Below, one piece after another: positions 17,774 through 25,845 of a stretch of DNA of 52,811 nt (the first letter of the stretch is position 1; the number at the start of each line of letters is the position of its first letter). The notes under the pieces were generated by a model, which ran no database searches, was not told where the DNA came from, and saw only the letters and a list, made by a program, of their open reading frames with translations. The position numbers and the translations under genes are program-made. The DNA comes from Candidatus Pacearchaeota archaeon (lineage in GTDB: Archaea; Nanobdellota; Nanobdellia; Pacearchaeales; GW2011-AR1), in contig JAFCDI010000005.1 in assembly GCA_017609755.1 (NCBI GenBank), positions 1 to 52,811 of the forward strand, read 5' to 3'.

Positions 17774-18112
17774 TTATTTTTTTCCTAATTGCGATTCATT
17801 ATTTGTTTGATATTTTTCAATCCAATTTTCAAATTTTAATTCTAATAAGCAATTTTCTAATTTATTTATTCTTTCTTTTTCATATTTAATAGTTCTTTCT
17901 GAATTTCTTTTATGAATATCCAAGTAATTTTTTATTTCTCTGGTTGCTTTTTCTTTTAATTCTTTAATAGAATCGCAATGTTTACAAAAACTTCCTAGTG
18001 ATTCACTTTTTGCATAATAAGTTCCATTAAATGATTTTTCATATCCTGTTGCTACTATAAATTGAACTTTTCCTAAAAAAGGGATTTTATATTCTTTTAC
18101 TAAATCGTCCAT
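17774..18112 (-). CDS. Hypothetical protein, paralogue of ORF 20510..20836
   Basis: Shared blocks with the ORF embedded in the P0-P1 operon: KEYKIPFLGKV vs KKYDFPLIGEI; GTYY vs GEYY; CDSIKELKEK vs CSSLREVEIK; IKNYL vs LTKYF; WIEKYQTN vs LEKYIKNQ. Confidence 0.45.
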   Translation of the reverse strand: MDDLVKEYKIPFLGKVQFIVATGYEKSFNGTYYAKSESLGSFCKHCDSIKELKEKATREIKNYLDIHKRNSERTIKYEKERINKLENCLLELKFENWIEKYQTNNESQLGKK

Positions 18113-18162
18113 AATAAAAAATAATTCTTATTATTTTTAAGTATTTATATAATGAGAATTGA

Positions 18163-18170
18163 TTTATAAA
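18163..18170 (+). promoter_or_regulatory. TATA box (TTTATAAA) in front of the decayed oxidoreductase gene
   Basis: The octamer starts 29 nt upstream of the ATG at 18192. Confidence 0.45.
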
Positions 18171-18191
18171 GGCCCTCTGATTTAGAAAAAT

Positions 18192-18868
18192 ATGGAAGAA
18201 CAAGAAATTAAACTTTTAAGAAAAGAATTTGTTACACATGATACTAAAAGCTTTTTATTTGAAAAACCTAAAAATTTAAGTTTCTCTCCTGGACAAGCTA
18301 CTGAAATTGCTTTAATTAAAGAGGGATTTGAAGAATAATGGAGGCCTTTTACATTTACAAATCTTAATACAGACGAAATTATTGAATTTATAATCAAAAA
18401 ATATCCTGAACATAATGGAGTTACAAAGAAAATTCATGAGTTACAAGCAGGAGAAAAATTAAAAATAAAAGAAGTTTTTGGAACAATTGAATATAAAGGC
18501 GAGGGAATTTTTATTGCAGGAGGAGCAGGAATAACTCCTTTTATTGCAATTTTTAGAAAATTACAAGAAGAGAGAAAAATCAAAGAAAATAAACTTATTT
18601 TTTCTAATAAAACAGAAGCAGATATTATTTTAGAAAAAGAACTAAAAAATATTTTTCCTAAAGAAAATTTCATTTTTACTTTAACAAGAGAGAAAAAAGA
18701 ATCTAAGAATTATGAAGATGGAAGAATAAACAAAGAATTTATAGAAAAAATGTAAAAGATTTTAATACAAATTTTTATGTTTGTGGGCCTTTAGAATTTG
18801 TCAAAGAAATAGGTAATATTCTAAAAGAAAAAGGAGCTAATTACGAAAATATTGTTATTGAAAAATAA
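18192..18868 (+). pseudogene. FNR-like FAD/NAD(P)-binding oxidoreductase, disrupted by an in-frame TAA and a frameshift
   Basis: Three collinear pieces. Piece 1 is MEEQEIKLL...EGFEE, ending in an in-frame TAA at 18336-18338. Piece 2 is WRPFTFTN...GIFIAGGAGITPF...FIEK, broken in the A6 run at 18745-18750. Piece 3 is DFNTNFYVCGPLEF...VIEK. The motifs RPFT, GGxGITP and CGP are diagnostic of the family. Confidence 0.8.
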
Positions 18869-18879
18869 TTTAAGAAACC

Positions 18880-18887
18880 TTTATAAA
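18880..18887 (+). promoter_or_regulatory. TATA box (TTTATAAA) for the rpl1-rpl10-rpl12 operon
   Basis: The octamer lies about 99 nt upstream of the rpl1 ATG, implying a leader of about 70 nt. GGGAGG Shine-Dalgarno 8 nt before the ATG. Confidence 0.45.
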
Positions 18888-18906
18888 GCTCGATTATCTC
18901 AGAAAA

Positions 18907-18931
18907 TTAACCGATTGAACCATATCGTTAA
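18907..18931 (+). promoter_or_regulatory. Bulged hairpin in the rpl1 operon leader
   Basis: ttaac(c)gat / atcgttaa forms 8 bp with one bulged C and the 8-nt loop tgaaccat. Confidence 0.35.
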
Positions 18932-18978
18932 AAGATATTTTCTATGCTTTTAACGCAGAATTTGGGAGGTTATAAAAT

Positions 18979-19608
18979 ATGGAAATTAAAGAACAATTAA
19001 AAAAAGCTTTAGAAGAATTAAGAAAAGAAAAAGAAAGAAAATTTGATCAAACACTGGATTTAATTGTTAATTTGCAAAAATTTGATGTTAAAAAAAATCA
19101 ATTAAATTTTTTAATAACTCTTCCACACAAAATAAAAGATAAAAAAATTGCAGGATTTTTAGAAGTTAAAAATCCAAATATAGACACCATTACTCCTGAA
19201 GAATTTAAAAAGTATTCTGATAAAAAGAAATTAAAAAATTTAGTGGATAGTTATGATTTTTTTATTGCTTCAGCAGTTTTAATGCCTAAAATTGCTACAA
19301 CTTTTGGTAGATTTCTAGGGCCTGCTGGAAAAATGCCTTCACCTCAAATGGGAATTTTAGCTAATGCAAATGAAAAAGAAATTAGTGAAATAAAAAACAA
19401 AATCAATAATGTTCTAAAAATAAAAATAAAGGAAGCAAGTATAAAAGTTCCTGCTGGAAAACAAAGCATGGAAGATAAAGAATTAATTGAAAACATTATG
19501 ACTATTTATAATGCTCTTCTAAAAGAATTTCCAAAAAATAAGGAGAATATAAAAAATATTGAGATAAAATTTACAATGACTAAACCTCAAAAATTAAAAA
19601 TAAGATGA
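18979..19608 (+). CDS. rpl1: Ribosomal protein uL1
   Basis: FDQTLDLIVNLQ...GRFLGPAGKMPSP is the uL1 pattern. ATGA overlap with rpl10. Confidence 0.9.
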   Translation: MEIKEQLKKALEELRKEKERKFDQTLDLIVNLQKFDVKKNQLNFLITLPHKIKDKKIAGFLEVKNPNIDTITPEEFKKYSDKKKLKNLVDSYDFFIASAVLMPKIATTFGRFLGPAGKMPSPQMGILANANEKEISEIKNKINNVLKIKIKEASIKVPAGKQSMEDKELIENIMTIYNALLKEFPKNKENIKNIEIKFTMTKPQKLKIR

Positions 19609-20504
19609 GCTCTGAAAAAAAAGAAAATTTCAATAAAGAACCAAATTCAAGAAATCTTAAAATAGTAGAAGATTTAAAGAATTTAATAGATAATAAAAAA
19701 ACTCTTTTAATTGCTTCAATAAAAAATCTTCCTGCTTCACAATTTCAAGAAATTAGTAAAAAACTTAGAGAAAAAGCAATTGTTAAAGTTCCAAAAAAAA
19801 GTTTAATTTTAAGAGCTCTAGATTCTTCAAAAAAAGAAATAGAGGGTTTAAGAGAAAAAATTGATGATAGTGTTGCTATTTTGTTTTCTAATTTAGATTC
19901 TTTTGAATTAGCTGGCGAATTATTAAGTAATAAAAGTCCTGCAAAAGCAAAACCAGGACAAGAAGCTCCTGAAGATATTGAAATTCCTGCAGGTCCAACT
20001 GACTTAGTTCCTGGTCCCGCAATAAGTGAATTAAGTTCTTTAGGAATTCAAATACAAATAGATAAAGGAAAAATTAGTATTAAAGAGCCAAAAATAATTG
20101 CAGAAAAAGGGAAAAAAATTTCTAAAGGTGCAGCAGATATTATGGGTAAATTAGATATTAAACCTTTTTCAATAGGATTTATTCCTCTTTGTTCTTTTGA
20201 TAGTGAAGAAGAGAAATTTTATTCTGAATTAAAAATTGATAAAGAAGGCACTTTAGAAGAATTAAAAATAGCTTCAAACAAAGCTCTATCTTTTGCAGTT
20301 CAAAGAGAATATTTAACTCAAGAAACAATTAGAATTCTTCTTGCAAAAGCAAATAGTTTTGCAAATAAAATTAATAGAATATTAACTGAAGAACCAGAAC
20401 ATATCCTAACTGAGAAATCTGAAGAAAAAGAAGAAATTAAAGAAGAAAAAAAGGAGGAGCCAAAAGAAGCTGCTAGTGAAGGACTTGCAAGTTTATTTGG
20501 TTGA
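19605..20504 (+). CDS. rpl10: Ribosomal stalk protein uL10 (P0)
   Basis: uL10 core plus an acidic tail ending EGLASLFG, the conserved P-protein C-terminus. Confidence 0.9.
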   Translation: MSSEKKENFNKEPNSRNLKIVEDLKNLIDNKKTLLIASIKNLPASQFQEISKKLREKAIVKVPKKSLILRALDSSKKEIEGLREKIDDSVAILFSNLDSFELAGELLSNKSPAKAKPGQEAPEDIEIPAGPTDLVPGPAISELSSLGIQIQIDKGKISIKEPKIIAEKGKKISKGAADIMGKLDIKPFSIGFIPLCSFDSEEEKFYSELKIDKEGTLEELKIASNKALSFAVQREYLTQETIRILLAKANSFANKINRILTEEPEHILTEKSEEKEEIKEEKKEEPKEAASEGLASLFG

Positions 20505-20509
20505 TTAAA

Positions 20510-20836
20510 ATGTCAAAAGAAATAAAAAAATATGATTTTCCTCTGATTGGAGAAATAAATTTATTAAAATCTGTTAATAAAAAAGAAAAAAAAGAATTTG
20601 GAGAATATTATTTAACTGGAAAAAATAATGAAAAGATAATTTGGAATTGTTCTTCTCTAAGGGAAGTTGAAATAAAACTAACAAAATACTTTCAAAATCA
20701 AAGAGACAAATACTTAGAAGAAGCTGGAATTTTAGAAAATCTAGGATTGCATATTGTGTATAATGGCTTAGAAAAAGGATTAGAAAAATATATTAAAAAT
20801 CAAACTCTCGAAATAAAATCGAGGGAGGAAATATAA
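20510..20836 (+). CDS. Hypothetical 108-aa protein inserted between P0 and P1 genes
   Basis: The ATG lies 6 nt after the P0 stop, and its own TAA abuts the ATG of rpl12 (TAAATG). No ribosomal family recognised. Paralogue at 17774..18112. Confidence 0.5.
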   Translation: MSKEIKKYDFPLIGEINLLKSVNKKEKKEFGEYYLTGKNNEKIIWNCSSLREVEIKLTKYFQNQRDKYLEEAGILENLGLHIVYNGLEKGLEKYIKNQTLEIKSREEI

Positions 20837-21127
20837 ATGGAATACATATACGCAGCACTTTTGTTGCACAAACTCGGAAAAGATGTTAGTGAAGAGAATG
20901 TGAAAAAGGTTGTTGCAGCTACTGGCCAAGAAGCTGATGAAACAAAAATTAAAGCTTTAATTGCTAGTCTAAAGGGAGTAGATATAGAAAAAGAACTAGA
21001 AAATGTTAGTTTAGTTTCTGCTCCATCAGGAGGAAGTTCTAAAAAACCTGCTGAAGAAAAGAAAGAAGCGCCAAAAGAAGAAAAGAAAGAAGCTGCAGCA
21101 GAAGGCTTGTCTTCTCTATTTGGTTAA
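20837..21127 (+). CDS. rpl12: Ribosomal stalk protein P1 (aL12)
   Basis: MEYIYAALLLH... N-terminus and an EGLSSLFG C-terminus. Confidence 0.9.
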   Translation: MEYIYAALLLHKLGKDVSEENVKKVVAATGQEADETKIKALIASLKGVDIEKELENVSLVSAPSGGSSKKPAEEKKEAPKEEKKEAAAEGLSSLFG

Positions 21128-21231
21128 TTAATAATTTTATAGAAGACAAGTCCTAATCCTTATAGTATAAACTATATTTTGTAATATATATTTAATAAAG
21201 TATATTTTCTAAAGATATGTTCTATTGTATT

Positions 21232-21894
21232 TTATTTCTTTTTATTTAAAAAGAAAATTAAAATAACTGCTACAATTAAATAAATAATTAAGGTTATTAT
21301 AAATAAATTAAACAAAATAGGACTGTTTTTTATTGGAACTCCAAGATAAATCTGTAAAAAAGTTGCAGGAATTAATCCTAAAGTTGTTCCAATTAAATAA
21401 TTCCAAAAAGAAATTCTTGAAATTCCAGCGATATAATTCCAAAGGTCTGTAGAAGTTAGAGGATTTAATCTCAAAAGAAAAAGAGTCCATCCTCCATATT
21501 TCTCTGAAAATTTATCAAACTTTTTTCTTTTAGAATTTGGAACTTTTTTTTCAACCCATTTTCTTCCTAATTTTTTTGCTAAATAAAATGCAATAATTCC
21601 TCCAATTATTCCTCCTAAAATTGCGAGAATTGTTGCTAAAAAAGGACCAAAAATAATTCCTCCTGCAACATAAAATAAAAAAGGATGAAAAGGAGCAATC
21701 ACTACCTCTAAAATCATAATTAAAAGATAGGCAATGATTGTGAGAATAGGATTAGAAGAATAAAAAGAAGATAATTTTTCTGGTGAAAAATTTAAAAGAT
21801 TACTAATAGAATTTTTGAAAACAAAAAAATAAGATAAAACTAAAAAAATAAAAATAATTGCAAATACAAGAAAAATTTTCCTCTTTTTTTCCAT
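21232..21894 (-). CDS. TVP38/TMEM64 (DedA-related) family membrane protein
   Basis: VAGGIIFGPFLATILAILGGIIGGIIAFYLAKKLGRKWVEKK is the typical core of this family. Confidence 0.6.
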   Translation of the reverse strand: MEKKRKIFLVFAIIFIFLVLSYFFVFKNSISNLLNFSPEKLSSFYSSNPILTIIAYLLIMILEVVIAPFHPFLFYVAGGIIFGPFLATILAILGGIIGGIIAFYLAKKLGRKWVEKKVPNSKRKKFDKFSEKYGGWTLFLLRLNPLTSTDLWNYIAGISRISFWNYLIGTTLGLIPATFLQIYLGVPIKNSPILFNLFIITLIIYLIVAVILIFFLNKKK

Positions 21895-21932
21895 TATAAC
21901 TCTAGGATAAAATATTTCTATTAATCCTTAAA

Positions 21933-22012
21933 CGCCCCCACCCCGAATCGAACGGGGATGCCCAAAGGGCCTCGGTCTCAAGCCGAGTGCAATACCATTA
22001 TGCGATGGAGGC
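21933..22012 (-). tRNA. tRNA-Ser (anticodon UGA)
   Basis: Hand-folded. Acceptor GCCTCCA/TGGGGGC, anticodon stem CTCGG/CCGAG with loop CT-TGA-GA, long variable arm GCCC-TTT-GGGC, T arm CCCCG-TTCGATT-CGGGG, discriminator G. Confidence 0.85.
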
Positions 22013-22013
22013 T

Positions 22014-22154
22014 TAATCTATTTAAAAATTCTGTATTTTTAAGGATTACTAAAGCAATAACATTATCTTCAGAATGCAAATTCTGAATGAGACAGAAATT
22101 TTAATTTCTGTAATCTATTTAAAAATTCTGTATTTTTAAGGATTACTAAAGCAA
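22014..22154 (-). repeat. 44-bp perfect direct repeat (22014-22057 and 22111-22154) enclosing a 53-bp spacer with two perfect 8-bp hairpins
   Basis: taatctatttaaaaattctgtatttttaaggattactaaagcaa occurs twice, 97 bp apart. Spacer hairpins are ttcagaat-gcaa-attctgaa (22068-22087) and cagaaatt-tt-aatttctg (22093-22110). Copy A carries the tRNA-Ser TATA box at -30 to -22. Confidence 0.9.
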
Positions 22155-22169
22155 AAGATTTTAAAAAAT

Positions 22170-22445
22170 TCAGGCTAAACCAAAAATTCTTTTCCACCAC
22201 GGCCTTTTTATTTGTATTGGTCTGTTTTGCTCGTCAATTATTTCATATTTAATTATAGGCTTTTCTTTTAGAACAGGTGCTTTTTTAGCTAGTTCTTCAT
22301 TTGCTTTGTCTAAAGATACTTCTATAATTGCTCTTGAATATCCCTGGTCAATCAAAGCTCTTTTTAAAGATTCAACAGGATATCCTTTTGTTAAATTTTT
22401 TTTAAAGTAATCAATAATCTTTCTTTTATAGTCCAAACTTCCCAT
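22170..22445 (-). CDS. Hypothetical protein
   Basis: 91-aa ORF. No motif recognised. Confidence 0.4.
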   Translation of the reverse strand: MGSLDYKRKIIDYFKKNLTKGYPVESLKRALIDQGYSRAIIEVSLDKANEELAKKAPVLKEKPIIKYEIIDEQNRPIQIKRPWWKRIFGLA

Positions 22446-22484
22446 AAATCTAGTAAAAAAATACAGTTTAAAAATATGATTATA

Positions 22485-23966
22485 CTATCGTATTCTAATT
22501 GGTTTTATTCTATGAAACAAATTAACTGCTGAGTTTAGTCTTGATTTGGATTCTGTATAAATAGTTGTTAGAACCTCTCCTTTTTTTACTCTATCTCCTA
22601 AACTATTGTAAATTCGTAATCCTGCTAATTTGTCTATTGGACATCCAGAAGCTCTTGCAATTGAAGTAATTTTCTTATTATGAATTTCGATTATTTTTCC
22701 TGATTTTTTAGAAAGAATATCTTTTTTGAATTTGGCTAATTTTATTTTATTTAAATCTCCTTCTTGAGCTTTTATAATTTGTTTAAATTTTTTTAATGCT
22801 TTTCCTGATTGCAAAATTTCTTTAGCTAATTCCTCTCCTTTTCCTTTTTTTGCTTTTTCAGTCATTTCTAAAAGCTGTCCTGCAAGAAAAACAGATTTCT
22901 TTTCTAAATCTTTTGGAGCTTCTTTTTCTCGATTTAAAATATGCATAATATCTATTAATTCTAAGGCTGGCCCAATTCCTTTTCCTATTGGTTGGTTTCC
23001 TGGAGTTATTACCACTCTTATTTCTTTTTTAAAATATTTTCCTAATTTATTAAATTTTTTTTCTAATTCAAGTGCTTTTTTCTTGCTAACTTTTGCATTT
23101 TTTCCATAAGGAATGTCTATTAAAATATATTCACTTCCAGCAGCAAGTTTTTTAGACATTATTGAAGCGAGTAATTGTGACTCAGGATCTATTTTTAACA
23201 TTTTTTCTGTATCTAAAATCTTAGAATCTGCAGGAACCATTCCAAGAGCTCCTCCCCAAACCATGCATGCATTTGTTTTTTGCACTATTTTTTTTAATTC
23301 TTCCATTGTAAATTCTACTCTTGCTATTGTCTCAATTACATCAGCTGTTCCTGCTGCACTTGTAATAGAACGAGAAGATGTTTTAGGAATTGTTAATCCT
23401 GCTGCTGCACAAATTGCAACAACAATTGGAGTTGTTCTATTTCCAGGAACTCCTCCTACAGAGTGCTTATCAACAATTAATTTTTTCCTTAGTTTCAAAA
23501 GATTTCCAGATTCTAAAATAGCCTCAATAAGAGCAATTGTTTCTTTTAGATTCATACCTCTAATATACATTGAAGAAACAAAAAGAGATAATTCTGCTTG
23601 AGAAAGAGAATTATTTACAATATCTCTTATAATTTCTTTTATTTGTTTTTCAGAAAGTCTTTTTCCATCTAATTTTTTCTTAATATAAATTGTGCTGAGA
23701 GGAACAGTAGATAAATTTACATCTAAAAGCTGTCCTTTTCTTAATTTCATTTCCTTTTTTATTTCTAAAGAAAGAGCAATTTCTCCTGGTCTAACAATTC
23801 CTTCTACAATATCTACAATCAGAGACATTTCTTTTGGATATTTTTTATATGTTCTAATAGAAATTCTCTCTTTAGAATGAATTCCTATTTTTTCTGCTGT
23901 TTTTTTATTTATCATTGCTGTGGGAGCTCCAGCAGACCATTTTAGAAATTTTGCTTTTAGTTTCAT
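22485..23966 (-). CDS. deoA: AMP phosphorylase (archaeal thymidine-phosphorylase family)
   Basis: Extra N-terminal domain (MKLKAKFLKWSAG...) typical of archaeal AMP phosphorylase. HSVGGVPGNRTT, TSSRSITSAAGTAD. About 493 aa. Confidence 0.75.
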   Translation of the reverse strand: MKLKAKFLKWSAGAPTAMINKKTAEKIGIHSKERISIRTYKKYPKEMSLIVDIVEGIVRPGEIALSLEIKKEMKLRKGQLLDVNLSTVPLSTIYIKKKLDGKRLSEKQIKEIIRDIVNNSLSQAELSLFVSSMYIRGMNLKETIALIEAILESGNLLKLRKKLIVDKHSVGGVPGNRTTPIVVAICAAAGLTIPKTSSRSITSAAGTADVIETIARVEFTMEELKKIVQKTNACMVWGGALGMVPADSKILDTEKMLKIDPESQLLASIMSKKLAAGSEYILIDIPYGKNAKVSKKKALELEKKFNKLGKYFKKEIRVVITPGNQPIGKGIGPALELIDIMHILNREKEAPKDLEKKSVFLAGQLLEMTEKAKKGKGEELAKEILQSGKALKKFKQIIKAQEGDLNKIKLAKFKKDILSKKSGKIIEIHNKKITSIARASGCPIDKLAGLRIYNSLGDRVKKGEVLTTIYTESKSRLNSAVNLFHRIKPIRIR

Positions 23967-24018
23967 TTTTTACCTCTTTTTAAAAATAATTAGAAAAATT
24001 TCTTTTTATACTTAACTA

Positions 24019-25059
24019 TCAGGAATTTTCTTGCACAAATACAGAAGGCTCACCTTTTTTTCTATAAAGCTCAAGAATAATTAATAAATATGCTAAAATT
24101 AAAGGGCCTAAAACAAGTCCAAGCAATCCAAAAAGCATTATTCCTCCAATCATTCCAATTAAAACCAGAGAAGTATTCATATTTGTTCTTTTTGATACAA
24201 ATGCTGGTTTAATTATATTTTCCATTAAAGAAGAAATAATTCCAAAAATAGCTACACCCAATGCAGGAAGAGAATTTCCTGCTAAAATCAAATATATTGC
24301 TACTGGCACCCAAACAAGAGCAGTTCCTATAATTGGAAAAATTCCTGCTATAGCTGCAAAAATAGTTAGTAAAAGAGCATTTGGAACTTTAAAAATAAAA
24401 AATCCAATACCTGCGATAATACCTTGAATAATTCCTATAAGAACTTGTCCATATAAAACTGAGATAGTCATATCTCTTGAAGATTTGAATAATTTTTTCT
24501 CTATATCTTTTGAAAAAGGCAATAAACTTTGAATATATTTAACTAAGTTTTCTTTATCTCTCAAAACAAAAAACAAAACAAAAAAGACAACTAGTAATTG
24601 AAGAAGTATTGTTGGAAAATTTAGAATCAATTTAGAAAAGGACTCCATTAATGAACTAGTTATTTTATTAACAAAACTATAAAGAGTTGAACCTATTTCT
24701 GAAGAAAATTGTTCAGAAGCAAAAAAATCTGGAAAAAAATTCTTAAGAGGAGTTATAAAATCAATTTGTTGTGCAGAAGAATATATTCTAATAGATTGGT
24801 CTATTATCATTGGAGTCAAAAACCAGAGAGGAATAATAATTAGTGTTAAAAGCAGAATACAAATTATTAAAGCAGATAGATTTTTTGATTTAGTATGTTT
24901 ATTAAACCAATCATATATTGGTGAAAAAAGAAATGCTAAAATTAATCCCATAATTATTGACAATAAAAGAGGTTTTACAATCAAAAAAGAAAGAACCATT
25001 AGAACAATTAGTATTACAATTGTTCCTGTTTTTTTAACATAATCTTCGTCTAACCTCAT
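24019..25059 (-). CDS. AI-2E/PerM (UPF0118) family transporter
   Basis: Eight or so TM helices with the ...GQVLIGIIQGIIAGIGFFIF.VPNALLL... core. Start moved to the ATG at 25059, which has a TATA box at 25084-25091. Confidence 0.6.
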   Translation of the reverse strand: MRLDEDYVKKTGTIVILIVLMVLSFLIVKPLLLSIIMGLILAFLFSPIYDWFNKHTKSKNLSALIICILLLTLIIIPLWFLTPMIIDQSIRIYSSAQQIDFITPLKNFFPDFFASEQFSSEIGSTLYSFVNKITSSLMESFSKLILNFPTILLQLLVVFFVLFFVLRDKENLVKYIQSLLPFSKDIEKKLFKSSRDMTISVLYGQVLIGIIQGIIAGIGFFIFKVPNALLLTIFAAIAGIFPIIGTALVWVPVAIYLILAGNSLPALGVAIFGIISSLMENIIKPAFVSKRTNMNTSLVLIGMIGGIMLFGLLGLVLGPLILAYLLIILELYRKKGEPSVFVQENS

Positions 25060-25083
25060 AATATTAAAAATAAGTAGTTCAAA

Positions 25084-25116
25084 TTTATAAAGGTTTGTAA
25101 GCATAAAGTTTATAAG
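25084..25116. promoter_or_regulatory. Divergent promoter pair (TTTATAAA for the minus-strand transporter, TTTATAAG for plus-strand ORF 25138)
   Basis: Each box lies 29-32 nt from its start codon. Confidence 0.4.
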
Positions 25117-25137
25117 TAAAATTGATGACGATAAAAT

Positions 25138-25845
25138 ATGAATTTTATAAAAAAAGCGGTTGAAGGAAAAACTGATGAATTTGTCCACATACAATTTCAG
25201 AAATTTAGTAAAGGAGAATTTAGACATAAAGCAATAATAGAAGCCAAAAAAACTGGAAATAAATATTCTATTAAAACTTCTCCAGAATTTGCAAATGATT
25301 TAGTTTTTTTAATGGCAAAAAAACTTGGAGAAAATAAAACAAAAATTACTGGAGCAATTGTTTCTACTCTTGATTTAAAAGAAGAATTAAATTTCAAAGA
25401 AATAAAACAATTTCAAGGAGTTAAAAGATATCTTATAGATGATGAAATGACTGGAAATGAAATAATATCTCTTTTAGAAAAATTTCCAAAAAATTTCTTT
25501 GCGCTAAGTTTCTCTGTAAATGAAAATATTTTAAAAATAAAACCAAAAGCCCCTAAATCAGGAAAGCCTTCAAGTAAAGGAGAAGAAACTCCAAAAGCAG
25601 ATTTTTGTTCTCTAAAAACATCTGACTCTGAAATTGCTAAAGATTTTATTTTTGAATGTCCTGATTTTCAAAACGCAAAAATAAATCATACTTTTTTTAT
25701 TGAAAAAATCCAAATACCTGAAGAATTAGAGAATTCTAAAAATTTTGTTTTAATTCGAGAGAAATCTAGAAGAGTTGGAAAAATTCTTAGAAAGAGTGAA
25801 ATTGACAACAGAAAAATAGAAAAAGCTTATTCTTTTGAAGCCTAG
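25138..25845 (+). CDS. Hypothetical protein
   Basis: 235-aa ORF with coding-like composition. No motif recognised. Confidence 0.45.
   Translation: MNFIKKAVEGKTDEFVHIQFQKFSKGEFRHKAIIEAKKTGNKYSIKTSPEFANDLVFLMAKKLGENKTKITGAIVSTLDLKEELNFKEIKQFQGVKRYLIDDEMTGNEIISLLEKFPKNFFALSFSVNENILKIKPKAPKSGKPSSKGEETPKADFCSLKTSDSEIAKDFIFECPDFQNAKINHTFFIEKIQIPEELENSKNFVLIREKSRRVGKILRKSEIDNRKIEKAYSFEA

Noticed and set aside
18182-18673. Track ORFs 18182-18397(-) and 18434-18673(-).
   Set aside because: They are antisense to the three collinear pieces of the FNR-like pseudogene, whose RPFT/GGAGITP/CGP motifs are on the plus strand.
22014-22154. The 44-bp direct repeat as a CRISPR array or an integrase att-site pair.
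   Set aside because: There are only two copies and no cas genes. The repeat lies on the 5' (promoter) side of tRNA-Ser rather than duplicating its 3' end, and just 53 bp lie between the copies, so no integrated element fits.
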